From: Williopsis jadinii
Taxonomy: Eukaryota
Assembly (NCBI GenBank): GCA_024346625.1
Contig: AP024667.1
Location: 310,001 to 374,000 of the forward strand
Length of the DNA: 64,000 nt
Direction of reading: 5' to 3'
In this document: positions 22,880 to 34,695 of the stretch, one piece after another
How positions within the stretch are numbered: position 1 is the stretch's first letter
Layout of the letters: every line of letters starts with the position of its first letter
The notes under the pieces: model-generated
Database searches by the model: none
Told to the model about the DNA's origin: nothing
What the model saw: the letters and a program-made list of their open reading frames with translations, nothing else
Position numbers and translations under genes: made by a program

Positions 22880-25369
22880 TCAGTTGGCAAAGCTGCGAAT
22901 ATTTGGTTGGTTCTGTGACGAATCGTTGGATGTAACATCCCCCAAATACGTGTTGAAATTAGCCAATCCTTGGAATCCCATAGTGTTGTTGAAACTCTGA
23001 AAGTCAAATTCTGGCAAGTTCATATAAAACTCGTTATAGTGGTTGCTATCACTTGCCGTATCAGACCTAGATTCTTTCTCTGGAAACAACTCCGATGGGT
23101 CAAAGTTAACTGCACTGTTGGATGGAATGTTGTTTGTGAAAAGATAAAGATCCGGGAACTCCAAAACTTCTGTTGTTGGCACTTGAATGTTGCCTTGCGG
23201 AGGCATTGGTTGCTGTTGAACCTGAAGAGGAAGCGCAGGAGGAGCTCCAACGTTTAGGCCCACAGCTTCGCCTTGTTGCATGTTCATAACAGGGGTTCTC
23301 TGAGGCTGTTGTTGTTGAGGCGGTGTCTGATAAACAGCCGGTGATGGTGCAATATCATTAACGTATCTCTGTGGTGGTGGAACGTTCTGGGGAGGTACAG
23401 GAGCTTGGGGTAAAGCTTCTTCTGGAGCAGGCGTTGGAGCAGGCGTAGTACCAGCGTTGTTTTGTTGTACTTCATTCTTTCTGGCCAAACTCGACACTAG
23501 CTTCTCCCTAGCCTTTGGATCTTTGATAAACTTATCCAATTCATAACGGATTAGTGAGGCAACCATATGATTTCTTCCAACCTCATTGAGTGCATCATCG
23601 CAGATTGCAAATCCAATCTTGGCGCTTTTTGCGATAGCAGAGTTTTGCGAATCCATATGGCAGAGGAAAGTCATTGCAGCAATGAAGAATATTGGAATAG
23701 TCATTGCATGACAATACTTGATATCACCGGATTTCAACAACTTCGAGACAATATCGGCAATGATTCTTGATGCTTTGAAAACAATGCCTTCAGAGGGGTA
23801 TTGCTTACCGTTAAGAGTGGCACTTCTCACCATTGTGGATCTGTGCGCCAAACACACAGCATAGTAATAGTACAAGTTCAAAATGCTCACTGGTAATGAA
23901 TCGTGCTTTGTAGGAGAATATTGCAACGCCGGTGGAAGGTTATTTCTCCAGCTACTCATGATCATGTCGCAGTGTGTAATAACCAGTTGATCACGATGAC
24001 GCTTGAACTTCTCTGCTCTGACACTGTACTGTTCTTGAAGTACAATTGACATAATCTCACTGAGCCTGATCATCTGAATAAACGCTTCGGCATCCTTTCT
24101 GGATAAATCAGGGGTAAAATCTTCAAGTTGAAGCATTGGAACGTCACAGTCCTCTAACAAGATACTTCTTGGTCTTCCGAATGCAACTGAAACAGACATA
24201 TCCTTAATATACAAATCCCACCAGATGATTTTGCATATTCTAACTCTTTCCTCTGTATATTTTGACGCCCTTGCCAAATTTCTGTTAAAGCCGTAACCTT
24301 GGGCGACAATGATGGCAATTCTTGTCCAATAAAACGAGTTACCCAGGATATCATCCACACCTTCCCAAAATCTTGAAAATAATATCAAAGACTGTACCAC
24401 TGCAACTTCGTCAGTCTCAAAATTTGCATCGTATAGTGCCTTTGCACGTTGATAAAAAGTTGCGCTGGCCAAATAGTTTGAGCCATCAGAGTCAAATATT
24501 AGAGGGTTTGTTGACATTCTAGATCCTGCCAAGAGCACGGACTGTAGCAATAGTAAGCTTACCGTGCCGTTCTGGTAGTCCTCCATAAAGATCTGCTTGT
24601 TGATGATTGGCTCCATTGGATAGATGTGTTCAAAGAACGAATTGATCAAGTCATCACACAAGTGCTTCTCCGGCAAGTGGAACGCACCTCTCAACCTTAG
24701 AATTTCCATCTGCACTGTGTCCAAGTTCAACCGCGTCTTCTCCATCGTGCTTCTCAACGAAGGGGGTATGAAATCACAAATCTTGAGATGTGGGTCCCTG
24801 TCCAAGTTATCCGTAAGCAACTTTGCCGTTGAAGAGCGTCCATGGTAGGAGAAAGTATTTGTGTTCTTCTTAACGAGTTTCTGCGAGTCGATCCTGGCGC
24901 TTCGTGCAGAGATGGCAGCCAAAGGTTCATTCCTCCTTTTACTGGACGACCCCGTTGTATTATTTGAAGGCCCAGCAGTTGTAGAACCCGCCCCCACCAG
25001 CGGTGATGGTTTGACATTATTCCCATTGTTGTTGTTGGCTGCTGCTGTTGCCGCCAACGACAACGAAGGGGACGAGTGTTCCAACTTGACACCAACTCCA
25101 CCTCCAGGTACTGGCGCCTTTGAATCCTGAAGCTTTGCCGCTTCCAGCTTCCTCTTTTTACTAGCATTCTTCCTCTCCTTGCGCTCTGGGAATTTGCATT
25201 CACACCCAAAGGTCAAACAATTTGTGCAAGGAATATGAAGCGTAGCATCACAGCGCACTTTTCTCGAATGACAAACTTCACAAGCACGGGATGATCTGTT
25301 TCTCTTGAACTTGACGGAATGCTTCTTCTCCTTCTTCGCAGGAGTGTTGGACTCTTCTTTGTTGTCCAT
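22880..25369 (-). CDS. CTF1: Zn(II)2Cys6 transcription factor, Ctf1/FarA-like (fatty-acid utilisation)
   Basis: RACEVCHSRKVRCDATLHIPCTNCLTFGCEC, ILRLRGAFHLP and FYQRAKALYDANFE fungal TF domain. Confidence 0.8.
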   Translation of the reverse strand: MDNKEESNTPAKKEKKHSVKFKRNRSSRACEVCHSRKVRCDATLHIPCTNCLTFGCECKFPERKERKNASKKRKLEAAKLQDSKAPVPGGGVGVKLEHSSPSLSLAATAAANNNNGNNVKPSPLVGAGSTTAGPSNNTTGSSSKRRNEPLAAISARSARIDSQKLVKKNTNTFSYHGRSSTAKLLTDNLDRDPHLKICDFIPPSLRSTMEKTRLNLDTVQMEILRLRGAFHLPEKHLCDDLINSFFEHIYPMEPIINKQIFMEDYQNGTVSLLLLQSVLLAGSRMSTNPLIFDSDGSNYLASATFYQRAKALYDANFETDEVAVVQSLILFSRFWEGVDDILGNSFYWTRIAIIVAQGYGFNRNLARASKYTEERVRICKIIWWDLYIKDMSVSVAFGRPRSILLEDCDVPMLQLEDFTPDLSRKDAEAFIQMIRLSEIMSIVLQEQYSVRAEKFKRHRDQLVITHCDMIMSSWRNNLPPALQYSPTKHDSLPVSILNLYYYYAVCLAHRSTMVRSATLNGKQYPSEGIVFKASRIIADIVSKLLKSGDIKYCHAMTIPIFFIAAMTFLCHMDSQNSAIAKSAKIGFAICDDALNEVGRNHMVASLIRYELDKFIKDPKAREKLVSSLARKNEVQQNNAGTTPAPTPAPEEALPQAPVPPQNVPPPQRYVNDIAPSPAVYQTPPQQQQPQRTPVMNMQQGEAVGLNVGAPPALPLQVQQQPMPPQGNIQVPTTEVLEFPDLYLFTNNIPSNSAVNFDPSELFPEKESRSDTASDSNHYNEFYMNLPEFDFQSFNNTMGFQGLANFNTYLGDVTSNDSSQNQPNIRSFAN

Positions 25370-26918
25370 TAGATCCCTTCTTGGATGCTCGATTTCAAAC
25401 TAAGCACAGAGTGTTATGTATCAAGACGGTTGAATCCTCAAGCAGCTGATTTTCCTCTTCGCGGTTGTGCATCAAACAGAGAATCAAAACAAGGAAGAAA
25501 ACACACACACCCAAATCACAAAATTTCGAAACAAGAGAGAACTTGGGGTGTACTGGCCGTAATGTTTCCTACCAGGGCCCTTTTTACTTGTTTTAGTCTC
25601 TTACTGCGTGAGGGGGAAGGGGTAAAACACAGCTGAAAACGAAGACAAAGCAGAACAGCAGAAAAATATTCAAAATTACCTATTTCCGCAAGGTTTTCGG
25701 ACAAGCACAAAAAGAAAAACAAACAGAAAAACAGCAAATGCTCGCTTTTGCTTCTTTTTAGTGTCTGAATTGCTTATTAATCGTTTCAATGCAGTTGTGA
25801 TTATTTTTTCCTGAGGGTTTTACCTGTAATCACAAATCGTTAGACTTGAACGGTAGTCTCCCCAATTCTTTTGCTTTCGTTCTCTTTTGCCTTCTCTCGA
25901 TCTCAGCACCTCGTTAGGTGAGGCATAAACTGTGTGCTTCCCACTGGTTTATATTTCCAGTTCAACCGCGGCTCTGGGAGGGGACGGTCATCGACACACT
26001 CAAAATTATAAATGCGCAAGGAAATGCGCAGAGGCCTCTGTTGTTTGCGGGAACTATGGAGAGCCCACTAAATGCATATGGGAAAGGACCCATAGTTGGA
26101 GGCCCAAAGAGTCATATTAGCTTCAAGGTGGTGAATCCTTGAAAACGCACCCGCACCCGCACATATATACACTCTGTATCCCTCTCCAATGCGCTGTTAT
26201 TCCGTCTTTCGCCATCACTATGGGTTGGGAAAAATACAGAAACTTCAGCTTTACGTGCGATCTGCTCAGTTAAGGCATCGCTCCTAAAGTCCACCCCCAA
26301 CACACAGTAAACACCTATCGAATTGAAATTAGTGATCTGCTAATGCACGAGCTCACAGATGCTTTGTGCCAATTGTGATGTATTTGTCCCTTCGCCCAGA
26401 TATTTTGAGCAGTTCAAGAGAAGAAAGGTGGGGATCCTCGCTAAAGCCCTCCTGGGTTTAATCGTGTTTGACAGATATCCGGAGAGCTACGGACGTGGCA
26501 TATTGAAAATGACATCGGACATCCAAACACCCAACACCACAGGTGAGGATGCCCGTCAGGAGATTCTGGCGATAACACGGTTGGGAGTTTGCATTGGGAC
26601 CTGTCTCGAACCCGTTGGCCTTTTGTGATTGTCCATATGATGACTTCGATCCGGCTTTAGTCTCCATAATGGCCGTGCCCTTTGAGCGTGATATACGGGA
26701 ACATTTCGATCACACCCTTCGGGCCAGCTTCAAAAACCCGATTGGCTAGACCAGAGAATTTGTTAGACGACACACCGATGCGCTGGTGTAGAGGTGTGAT
26801 GCTGAGATTGGAAATGACCACAGTTTTTTGTGATAGTCAGCGGGCTAAGAAAAGTGGATCACATTTTTGTAGTGGTCCAACGTTAGACGGTGTCAAAACT
26901 CTGTAAGCCATTTCAAAG

Positions 26919-28073
26919 ATGGGGGACATAACATGGAGAGAGATCATAGCATGTGGCGCTTCACTAACAGCTGTTGTATTCTCGCTTAAGTTGTTGTATT
27001 CGTCAAGTGAAACACTGACAGAGCTATCACCTCCGGAGATTGGAGTGGAGGGCCTCATCGGCAATACCCCAATGATGAAGGTGAAATCCTTGTCAAAGAT
27101 CACTGGCAATAACGTGTATGCCAAGTTGGAATTCATGAACCCAGGTGGCTCTGCGAAGGACCGTGTTGCACTTGCAATCATCAGAGATGAAGAAAGAAAG
27201 GGTCATTTGAAGCCAGGTGATGTGATATTTGAGGGAACATCCGGGTCAACTGGTATCAGTATAGCCACTGTCGCCAACTCACTTGGGTATAAGACTGAGA
27301 TTCATTTACCAGATGACACATCACCGGATAAATTGGCACTCTTTGACACATTAGGTGCTGGACTCGTTAAAGTGAAGCCAGCTTCGATAGTGGATCCTGA
27401 CCAGTACGTCAACTCTGCCAAAAAGGCTGCAGACAAGTTAAACAGTTCAGACTCTGAAAAGAATGGTGTTTTTGCAGATCAGTTCGAAAACGACTCCAAC
27501 TGGAGAGTGCATTTCAACACCACCGGCCCAGAAATCTATAGACAACTACAAGGAAAGGTTGACTATTTCATTGCTGGTTGCGGTACAGGTGGTACCATTG
27601 CCGGTGTTTCGAAGTATCTCAAGTCAAAGCTATCTAATGTGACCACGATATTGGCAGATCCACAGGGAAGTGGATTCTTCAATAGAGTCAAATACGGTGT
27701 CATGTATACAAACGAGGAGAAAGAAGGAACGAGAAGAAGACACCAAGTTGACACTTTGGTTGAGGGAATTGGGCTCAATAGAATAACTCACAACTTCAGC
27801 ATTGGTGAGGACTATATAGACGACTCCATAAAAGTCACAGATGAACAGGCATTGCAGATGGCCAAGTTTCTGAGTGTTAACGATGGTTTATTCATCGGAT
27901 CTTCGACGGCGATCAACGCAGTTGCTGTGGTGAAGTTATGTAAAGAAACAGGGATAAAGAACAAAAATATAGTCATTGTCGCCTGTGATTCTGGTACAAG
28001 ACATCTACAAAAATTCTGGAAATATGCTGTTGAAGTACCTAACGAGATAACTGTTGATGACATCGTGTCGTGA
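26919..28073 (+). CDS. MCY1: Cysteine synthase-like PLP enzyme with N-terminal membrane anchor
   Basis: LIGNTP, KLEFMNPGGSAKDR (PLP lysine), GCGTGGT and EGTRRRHQVDTLVEGIG. Confidence 0.92.
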   Translation: MGDITWREIIACGASLTAVVFSLKLLYSSSETLTELSPPEIGVEGLIGNTPMMKVKSLSKITGNNVYAKLEFMNPGGSAKDRVALAIIRDEERKGHLKPGDVIFEGTSGSTGISIATVANSLGYKTEIHLPDDTSPDKLALFDTLGAGLVKVKPASIVDPDQYVNSAKKAADKLNSSDSEKNGVFADQFENDSNWRVHFNTTGPEIYRQLQGKVDYFIAGCGTGGTIAGVSKYLKSKLSNVTTILADPQGSGFFNRVKYGVMYTNEEKEGTRRRHQVDTLVEGIGLNRITHNFSIGEDYIDDSIKVTDEQALQMAKFLSVNDGLFIGSSTAINAVAVVKLCKETGIKNKNIVIVACDSGTRHLQKFWKYAVEVPNEITVDDIVS

Positions 28074-29649
28074 GCAAGGCGTTCACTCCATAACGAACAA
28101 ATTTTGGCATCATAATGTACCCACGGATAAATTGTGGGTGGGATCGTATGATTATTTTATATAGAAGATCAAACACATATACTCATTCCAAACCTTTAGA
28201 TATAATTGTAATGCTGAACGTGTATTGTCTCTTTTTTCGTCCCTCCAGGTGCTTTATACCGTTTCTGGACGTTTTCGCAAAATCTTTCGCCGAGCCCCCC
28301 CGTTTGTGCATTTGCGCAATTTTTGATACGCGTTACCAAAGTTTCTTTTGTCAGAGCACTGAATGCATGGGATTTCGAGAGGTTTCAGCAATAGATCTTG
28401 GAATAGAGAATTACACTGTTGTAACTCATAATTAAAACTTTGCTTTGAGCTTATAAGGAAGAGATGGATACAGAACACAGGTACACGTTGTAATATGTAC
28501 CCCCAGAACAAAAGAGAATGTTGATATGTGGTGGTTGGTATAAATAGCGAATCTGTAGTCGATCTGCCGCTCCGACCTAAACGGCAGAGAGGGATCGTCG
28601 ATACGGACAACTGAAACGTTACCACACGTTACCCTCAAAGACCAAGAGCTACCTGAACTTGCAAAAGGAATGAGATTGTACAGTTCACTGTAGAAATTAA
28701 GGGGTGATATGTGAATACAATGACAATGACACACGCTGTGATTCAGAGAAGCGGAATGTGGAACCCTACGCTCGGCATGTAATCGTTCTAACCCTTTGAA
28801 ATCGCTCAGCTACTTCACTGTAACACGCTGAACCCCATAGCTTATCACAATTACCTATTTATGTTTAGATTCATAGACATTGGTGTTCATTAGCCTAATC
28901 ACTATCACCAGTAGCAACAGAATGAAAAGAAAAAGTCTAGACGCTAACAGTTCGTGACGATATGCACATGGAGTCCCCGATGCGGAAAAATTGCAGCTTG
29001 TGTCTACAGAATGTCGCAGGTACCGCGTCTATTTTGAGAAAAAAACACATCTCAATTAGGACATCAGTGGAGCTTTTTGGCGAAATTTTCACATCAAACA
29101 CAACTTTTCGCCTTTCTTTCCACATTTTCATGCTTTTTTTTGAGTAGGCCACGATCATGTGTGTTTTTTTTGCAAGGCCAAAGGGGCACCAAAAAAGATC
29201 CTGATCATGAGAAAATCCAAAAACCCCAAATACTCACACTTTTCATCGCTTCCACAATAACAACAAACAGCAACTTCTATCTATTTTACGGGAAGAAACA
29301 CAAGTCAAGTTCAGAGAAGCCTGATTAACGTGCAGTTTTGAGTAGGACAGTCACTCTTTTATTTTAGCATATCTCCACTCCAACTCATCATTGTACCTGC
29401 TGTTTCTTTCACAGAAGGCTCAGTCACGTTTCAGAGTTTTTGTTTCAGCTTGGAGGGAACCACATAGCTTCAACAATACCTGATATCCACATCGACTAGA
29501 AACAACAAGAGCTATACCAAAGAAGAAGAGGAGGAGAAAGAAACGAAAACACCTTAACCTTTCCATACGATTGTTTCTAAGCGTGGTTTATTAGCTCGTT
29601 CATCTTTCGTTTCCTTCGTTAATACCTTCCACCTGCTTACCATCTCAGT

Positions 29650-32600
29650 ATGAGGATCTTACAAGTCATTGCCATGGCCGAGCTTGCTATGGCGCTTCCT
29701 TTGAACTTTGGACTCAATCAGCTACTTGGAAGACGAGACGTCGGAAACAGTACGACATCACAAGCCTTTGGACCACAACAAAGTGTGGTGGAACCTACAA
29801 TTTCGATTTTGCCCAGTACAACAACGACATCGAGCTCTGTGACAAGGTTAGACTCTGCTGATCAAGCAGAGGATGCAGAGACGTTGGAGTACACCCAGGA
29901 CTATGGGGATGATACCACTGATACTACATCGTCCACATCTACAACTGCTGAATTACTGGATGGTACTACTAGTGCAAGATCTACTCAGGTAACTACTCAG
30001 AGTACTTCCAGCAAGAACATATGGAACCCATTTGGTGCCAGAACGACAAGTACCACCTCAGATGATACCACAACTGATGAAACAGGCTCTCCTAATACTT
30101 TGTCTTCTGATACTACACTTGCAGACTACACGAGCTCGACAAGTAGGGCTGCCGCTGCAAGAACTACTCGTGCTACTACTCAAACTACAAACACAGATAC
30201 CCAGAAGATCACATCGACTGCTGCTGATGATGATTCAGACGCAGTGGTAGACACAACCAGTTCTAGTACCGGGGAGGCAGCTACTGAGGATACCCTAAGC
30301 ACAATTTCATCTACTACAGATGCCACTGAAGTAACTACATCCTCAGAAGATACAGGCATTGGAGGCCTAACTGACGAGACGGTGGCTACAGCTACACAAT
30401 CAACCACTTTAGAGACAGATTCCACTGCTGATATTGACACTTCTGACTTTGCCTATGCAAATGGTTTCAACTCAGAATATTCAACCAATACAGTGATTGT
30501 GCAATCCGGTTCCTTTATTTCTGGTGATAGAGATGGCTCTGGAACACAAACAGTTGATACAGATGCGGCGACAACTACTGAGAATACAATTGCTGATTTA
30601 TCCATCGCAACTTCAGGTACACAATTGTTGGGTACAACCATTGCTGGTAAGCTCACATCCCCTATTACTTCGACAACCGTTGTTGAACCAACAAGTTCCA
30701 TCATTGAGTTGGATTCCTCTGACAATACTTTAACTACAGAGCCGGCTACGAGCAGTCCTCTTGCAGCAACTGGTACTGAGACAACTGGTACTGAGACAAC
30801 TGGTACTGAAACAACTGGTACTGAGACAACTGGTACTGAGACAACTGGTACTGAAACAACTGGCACTGAAACAACTGGTACTGAGACAACTGGTACTGAT
30901 ATTCCTTTACAAGTTGCGTCTTCTGGGGGTTCTTTAGGTGATCTTACACAAACTTCTACCATCTTAACACCGCCAATTTATTCAGCAATTGATACCAATA
31001 CCGATGTTGACATTTCGCTATCAACTACTCCAGAAGCGACCACTACTGCTCCAACAACCACTACTACTCCCACCACCACTACTACTCCAACCACCACTAC
31101 CACTCCAGAAGATATCACAACAACCCCAGAAATTGTGACTCCAACTTCAGGTACTGATCTTTGGAACACTGAAACCGAGTCCACAGGCCTATCATCTGCT
31201 TATGCAGACACAACAACATCTGCGACCGATTCCTCTATCGTGGAACCTCAAACTACATCGATACCGGTGCTCTCATCTTTAGGGGATGACACTTCCACTA
31301 CTGAAACCAGCACTCCTCAAATAACTGCTGTAACATCGTCCTTGTCTGTTGTTGAACCAACAACAACAGAGGGATTCTCATCCGATGTTTATTCTGTGCC
31401 TGAGTCTACAGATGCAGTCCCAGTGTCGTCATCAGCACCCGTTGATACACTTACTACCAACGATGGGTTGGTGTCTTCCACGGTGGAGTCAGAAGCTTCC
31501 ATCGCTACCCCAGATGCGACTATTGAAACTTCTCTTGAGAGTACCACTGATACGGTGCCAGTCCCATCTGATGTTTCAAGTTCTGTTGGACAAACATCTG
31601 AAACCTCAGTTACTGAGGGTGTTTCCACCGTACCAGAAGCCGCAGAGTCCACTTCATCTTCTGTCCAAGAAGTTGTATCAGTTTCCTCAGAGCAAGCTAG
31701 TCAGAAGTCTACCACTGTTGTGGAGCCTGCTCCTACCGGGGAATCCACAAGTGTCGAAGACTCCACGTTCACTGAGGTATCTACATCTTCTGCTAAACCA
31801 TCACAGAACTTTGATTACACTTCAGATAGTGATTTGACATCTGTCACTACAGAACCCGCTTTGACACCTACACCTGTGACACTGGAAGGTCCATCGTCGT
31901 CGGATGAGATTGGTGCCATTCCAGCGTTGACCTCATCGAGTTCAAGCACTACAACTAATTGGCTGCCAACAACATTGATTACAGAAGCTGCCACTGCCAC
32001 TGCTTCTCTCACTGAAACTGCATCCATCGCCGCTGAGACATCAGGCTTACCAAAGGCTATTGCTCCTGAAGCATCTCAAGATGTACCAACAAACTACACA
32101 TTGATAACGATTGGATTTAAGCAATCGTTGAATTATGCTTTTGTTGTCAAGAATTCTCTTTCGAGTGCTCAAATCTTCCAATATTTGCCAGAAGTACTTG
32201 AAAGTCCATACGGCTTTGCAGACTCCAATAACATTAGCGTTGCTCAACTTGTGCCATTCTCATCCACAGACGTTGATTATATCATAACTGTTGCTAAAGT
32301 ATATTTCCCAGCAGATGATGTATCAGATTTGCAAGCAAAGGTCATTGATACAAACTCTGCGTTGTATCAACAGGATGATGAGACCATTAGAGAGTTCTCC
32401 ACTTTAATCGATCCTTCTATTCCATTGACAGGGTTATTAGACGTGTTGAACGCTGCCAGTACTTCATCTAGTGATGATTCCTCTTCGCAAGAAACTTACA
32501 ATACTTTCCGCAACGGTGGAGCTATGGAGTACTCGAACCAAGCTTCGGGAAACAGTTCAAATGAGAACTCTGGTGGCAAAATTGCTGGTATCACTATTGG

Positions 32601-32922
32601 TTCTGTTGTTGGTGCCACCAGTGCTATTGCTCTTGTTCTTCTCGGTGCTCGTGCTTTTGTTGTAAAGAAACGTATCCAGTTAGAGAGTGCACGGAGCTCT
32701 GCAGTTTTCCAGTTGTCCAGCGACCCATCTTTCGAATCTCTAGGTACCGTTGCTTATGGCGCTGGAACCAGAGTTGCTGCATCTGTCAACAGCTCAAATA
32801 CTTCGAGTCATGATTCAAGACAAGAGATGACACAGTCCAACTCTTTTGTTCCAAGTTCATCAAGATCAAGGCTTTCCATTTCTAGTCCTGTCGCAGCACA
32901 AAATTCTCTTGGATGGAGCTGA
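29650..32922 (+). CDS. MSB2: Signalling mucin (Msb2/Hkr1 family)
   Basis: Signal peptide, long S/T-rich region, HMH domain (ITIGFKQSLNYAFVV...QIFQYLP), single TM helix and tail ISSPVAAQNSLGW. Synteny with MCY1/SNU71/EAT1. Confidence 0.9.
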   Translation: MRILQVIAMAELAMALPLNFGLNQLLGRRDVGNSTTSQAFGPQQSVVEPTISILPSTTTTSSSVTRLDSADQAEDAETLEYTQDYGDDTTDTTSSTSTTAELLDGTTSARSTQVTTQSTSSKNIWNPFGARTTSTTSDDTTTDETGSPNTLSSDTTLADYTSSTSRAAAARTTRATTQTTNTDTQKITSTAADDDSDAVVDTTSSSTGEAATEDTLSTISSTTDATEVTTSSEDTGIGGLTDETVATATQSTTLETDSTADIDTSDFAYANGFNSEYSTNTVIVQSGSFISGDRDGSGTQTVDTDAATTTENTIADLSIATSGTQLLGTTIAGKLTSPITSTTVVEPTSSIIELDSSDNTLTTEPATSSPLAATGTETTGTETTGTETTGTETTGTETTGTETTGTETTGTETTGTDIPLQVASSGGSLGDLTQTSTILTPPIYSAIDTNTDVDISLSTTPEATTTAPTTTTTPTTTTTPTTTTTPEDITTTPEIVTPTSGTDLWNTETESTGLSSAYADTTTSATDSSIVEPQTTSIPVLSSLGDDTSTTETSTPQITAVTSSLSVVEPTTTEGFSSDVYSVPESTDAVPVSSSAPVDTLTTNDGLVSSTVESEASIATPDATIETSLESTTDTVPVPSDVSSSVGQTSETSVTEGVSTVPEAAESTSSSVQEVVSVSSEQASQKSTTVVEPAPTGESTSVEDSTFTEVSTSSAKPSQNFDYTSDSDLTSVTTEPALTPTPVTLEGPSSSDEIGAIPALTSSSSSTTTNWLPTTLITEAATATASLTETASIAAETSGLPKAIAPEASQDVPTNYTLITIGFKQSLNYAFVVKNSLSSAQIFQYLPEVLESPYGFADSNNISVAQLVPFSSTDVDYIITVAKVYFPADDVSDLQAKVIDTNSALYQQDDETIREFSTLIDPSIPLTGLLDVLNAASTSSSDDSSSQETYNTFRNGGAMEYSNQASGNSSNENSGGKIAGITIGSVVGATSAIALVLLGARAFVVKKRIQLESARSSAVFQLSSDPSFESLGTVAYGAGTRVAASVNSSNTSSHDSRQEMTQSNSFVPSSSRSRLSISSPVAAQNSLGWS
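30769..30900 (+). repeat. Coding 15-bp minisatellite (TGTET x8 plus partial) in MSB2
   Basis: actggtactgagaca repeats read directly. Confidence 0.95.
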
Positions 32923-33295
32923 GACATTCTATACAACAAACCGTCAAGCTTGAAAAGACTAATCTCATGGTTAGCTCTTGTCTCCCCTCAGTTTCAGTGT
33001 GTCATTATGCATTGAACGTATACCTTTATGCATTGTTCTATGGAAAACTTTCTCTCTCGATATGGGACTTGTTTTGCTGCACTTTCTGTGATTATATATA
33101 GCCTTTTGGCTTTTGGATCCATACTGGATTAAACTATACCCCCCATAATTGGGTCTTTTTGATTGAATAGCTTGCTTTGCTAGTGTTTTGAATGCTTTTT
33201 TCTTTCCTCATTATGGGTTTTTATTTCTATTTCTTGGTTTTATTGTATATTTGTTTTAATCGTATATTTCATTTGAAAATACTTGATCTGGGTAA

Positions 33296-34072
33296 TTAGT
33301 CAAAGAAGTCATCGTCGTCGTCATCGTCATTGTTTGATCTGAGTGATTTCTTCATGAATCTCAATCTATGCGTTTCTTGGAGGTCTTCGTCTTCAGAGTT
33401 GATAATCAGTCTCTTATCGGAATCCTTGACGGAGCCAATGTCCACCAAAACCTTCTCTAAATCCTTCAAGTTTGTGGCATTTCCACCTAATTGTGTCAGA
33501 GTGATGAGTTGCTTCACAACATCACCATTTCTATAGATTAATATCGTTGGACAATTGGCGTCTGGGTAGTTTTCGATAGCTCTGGAGCCTGGAATATCGA
33601 CAAATTTCAACTCCGGGAACTTTGCAGCCAACGAGGACCACAACGAGCTCAGCAGCCTCGATTGAAGAGAGGACTGTAGTGACAAATGTACAAGGACAAA
33701 CGTGTCATTGGAGGCATCGGTGATTTCTGTCTTGTACTCAGGCTTTGTCACCGGATAAACTCTTCCATACTGGGATGCCTTAGACAGATCGCTCAGCTCC
33801 TTCAATCTTTTCTGCTTGTACTCCTCCAGGAAGTCCTCATCCTCTTCATCTTCCAAGGCTTCAAGCTCATCAAGGTCCTTTCCTTCCAGTCTATTATCCC
33901 ACTGCTTGACAACGGCATCTTGTAATGCCTCCTCCAGTTGTTCAGTTGGAGATGGGGGTCTCTCAGGGATGACCCCATGTTTTCTGAGAATATCGTTCCA
34001 CTCTGTATCCTCATCCGGATCAACCTGCATTTCAACCTTCTGGTTCATCATTGGATTCATCATTGGGTTCAT
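33296..34072 (-). CDS. PLP2: Phosducin-like protein 2
   Basis: DPDEDTEWNDILRKHGVIP and IENYPDANCPTILIY. First ATG at 34072 (MNPMMNPMMNQ). Confidence 0.93.
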   Translation of the reverse strand: MNPMMNPMMNQKVEMQVDPDEDTEWNDILRKHGVIPERPPSPTEQLEEALQDAVVKQWDNRLEGKDLDELEALEDEEDEDFLEEYKQKRLKELSDLSKASQYGRVYPVTKPEYKTEITDASNDTFVLVHLSLQSSLQSRLLSSLWSSLAAKFPELKFVDIPGSRAIENYPDANCPTILIYRNGDVVKQLITLTQLGGNATNLKDLEKVLVDIGSVKDSDKRLIINSEDEDLQETHRLRFMKKSLRSNNDDDDDDDFFD

Positions 34073-34416
34073 CTTGCCCTGCCCTTCCTCTGTTGAAGAA
34101 TATGTCTTTCTCTTAGTTAAAGCAGTGCTGATGTCTTCTTCGAGTGCCCATCGCCCTCCGACGGCTTTACAAAACATGTTCGCGAAGGACAAACTGGTAG
34201 GGGAAACACAATACCCAAATATAGAACACGCCGCATACACAATAAACCGAGGATGAGCTACACGACACCATTGATATGCTACAAATTGCCCATAGTTGGG
34301 AGATCTACAGCATCTGTGAGTAAGTGCTAATGTACTGATGTGCTAACGTATTGATGTTTATGCTGTATATGTGTTGGCTAGGAATGTACGGTTTGTATAA
34401 TCGATTGGTGTCAGTC

Positions 34417-34695
34417 TTAGATGAGTCCAGCTACAAGGTCTTGACGAGTCACCACTTTCAAGTGCTTTGTTCGCATCTGTGACGTTCCACTATAGATCGA
34501 ATTTGCAGTTCGACTATAGTTGCTGCTTCTTGTGGTGTGTTGTGACAAGCTGTTTTCGTTGGTAGTTACACTGGTTGGTTGCTGACTTAGCAGTTCAACC
34601 CGTGAGCTGGAGTCGTCATGGTCTTTGATTTCGATATCCATGTCCTCCACACAGGGGACTTTCAGCAGGGAGAACAGTTTCATCTGAAATGACAT
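34417..34695 (-). CDS. Small hypothetical protein (92 aa, S/T-rich)
   Basis: ATG at 34695 preceded by a CA-rich 5'UTR-like leader and a TATATAAA ~155 bp upstream on the same strand. No family recognised. Confidence 0.5.
   Translation of the reverse strand: MSFQMKLFSLLKVPCVEDMDIEIKDHDDSSSRVELLSQQPTSVTTNENSLSQHTTRSSNYSRTANSIYSGTSQMRTKHLKVVTRQDLVAGLI

Noticed and set aside
25400..26900. Short ORFs in the CTF1-MCY1 divergent spacer
   Set aside because: All are under 90 aa without motifs, consistent with a long transcription-factor promoter and 5'UTR.
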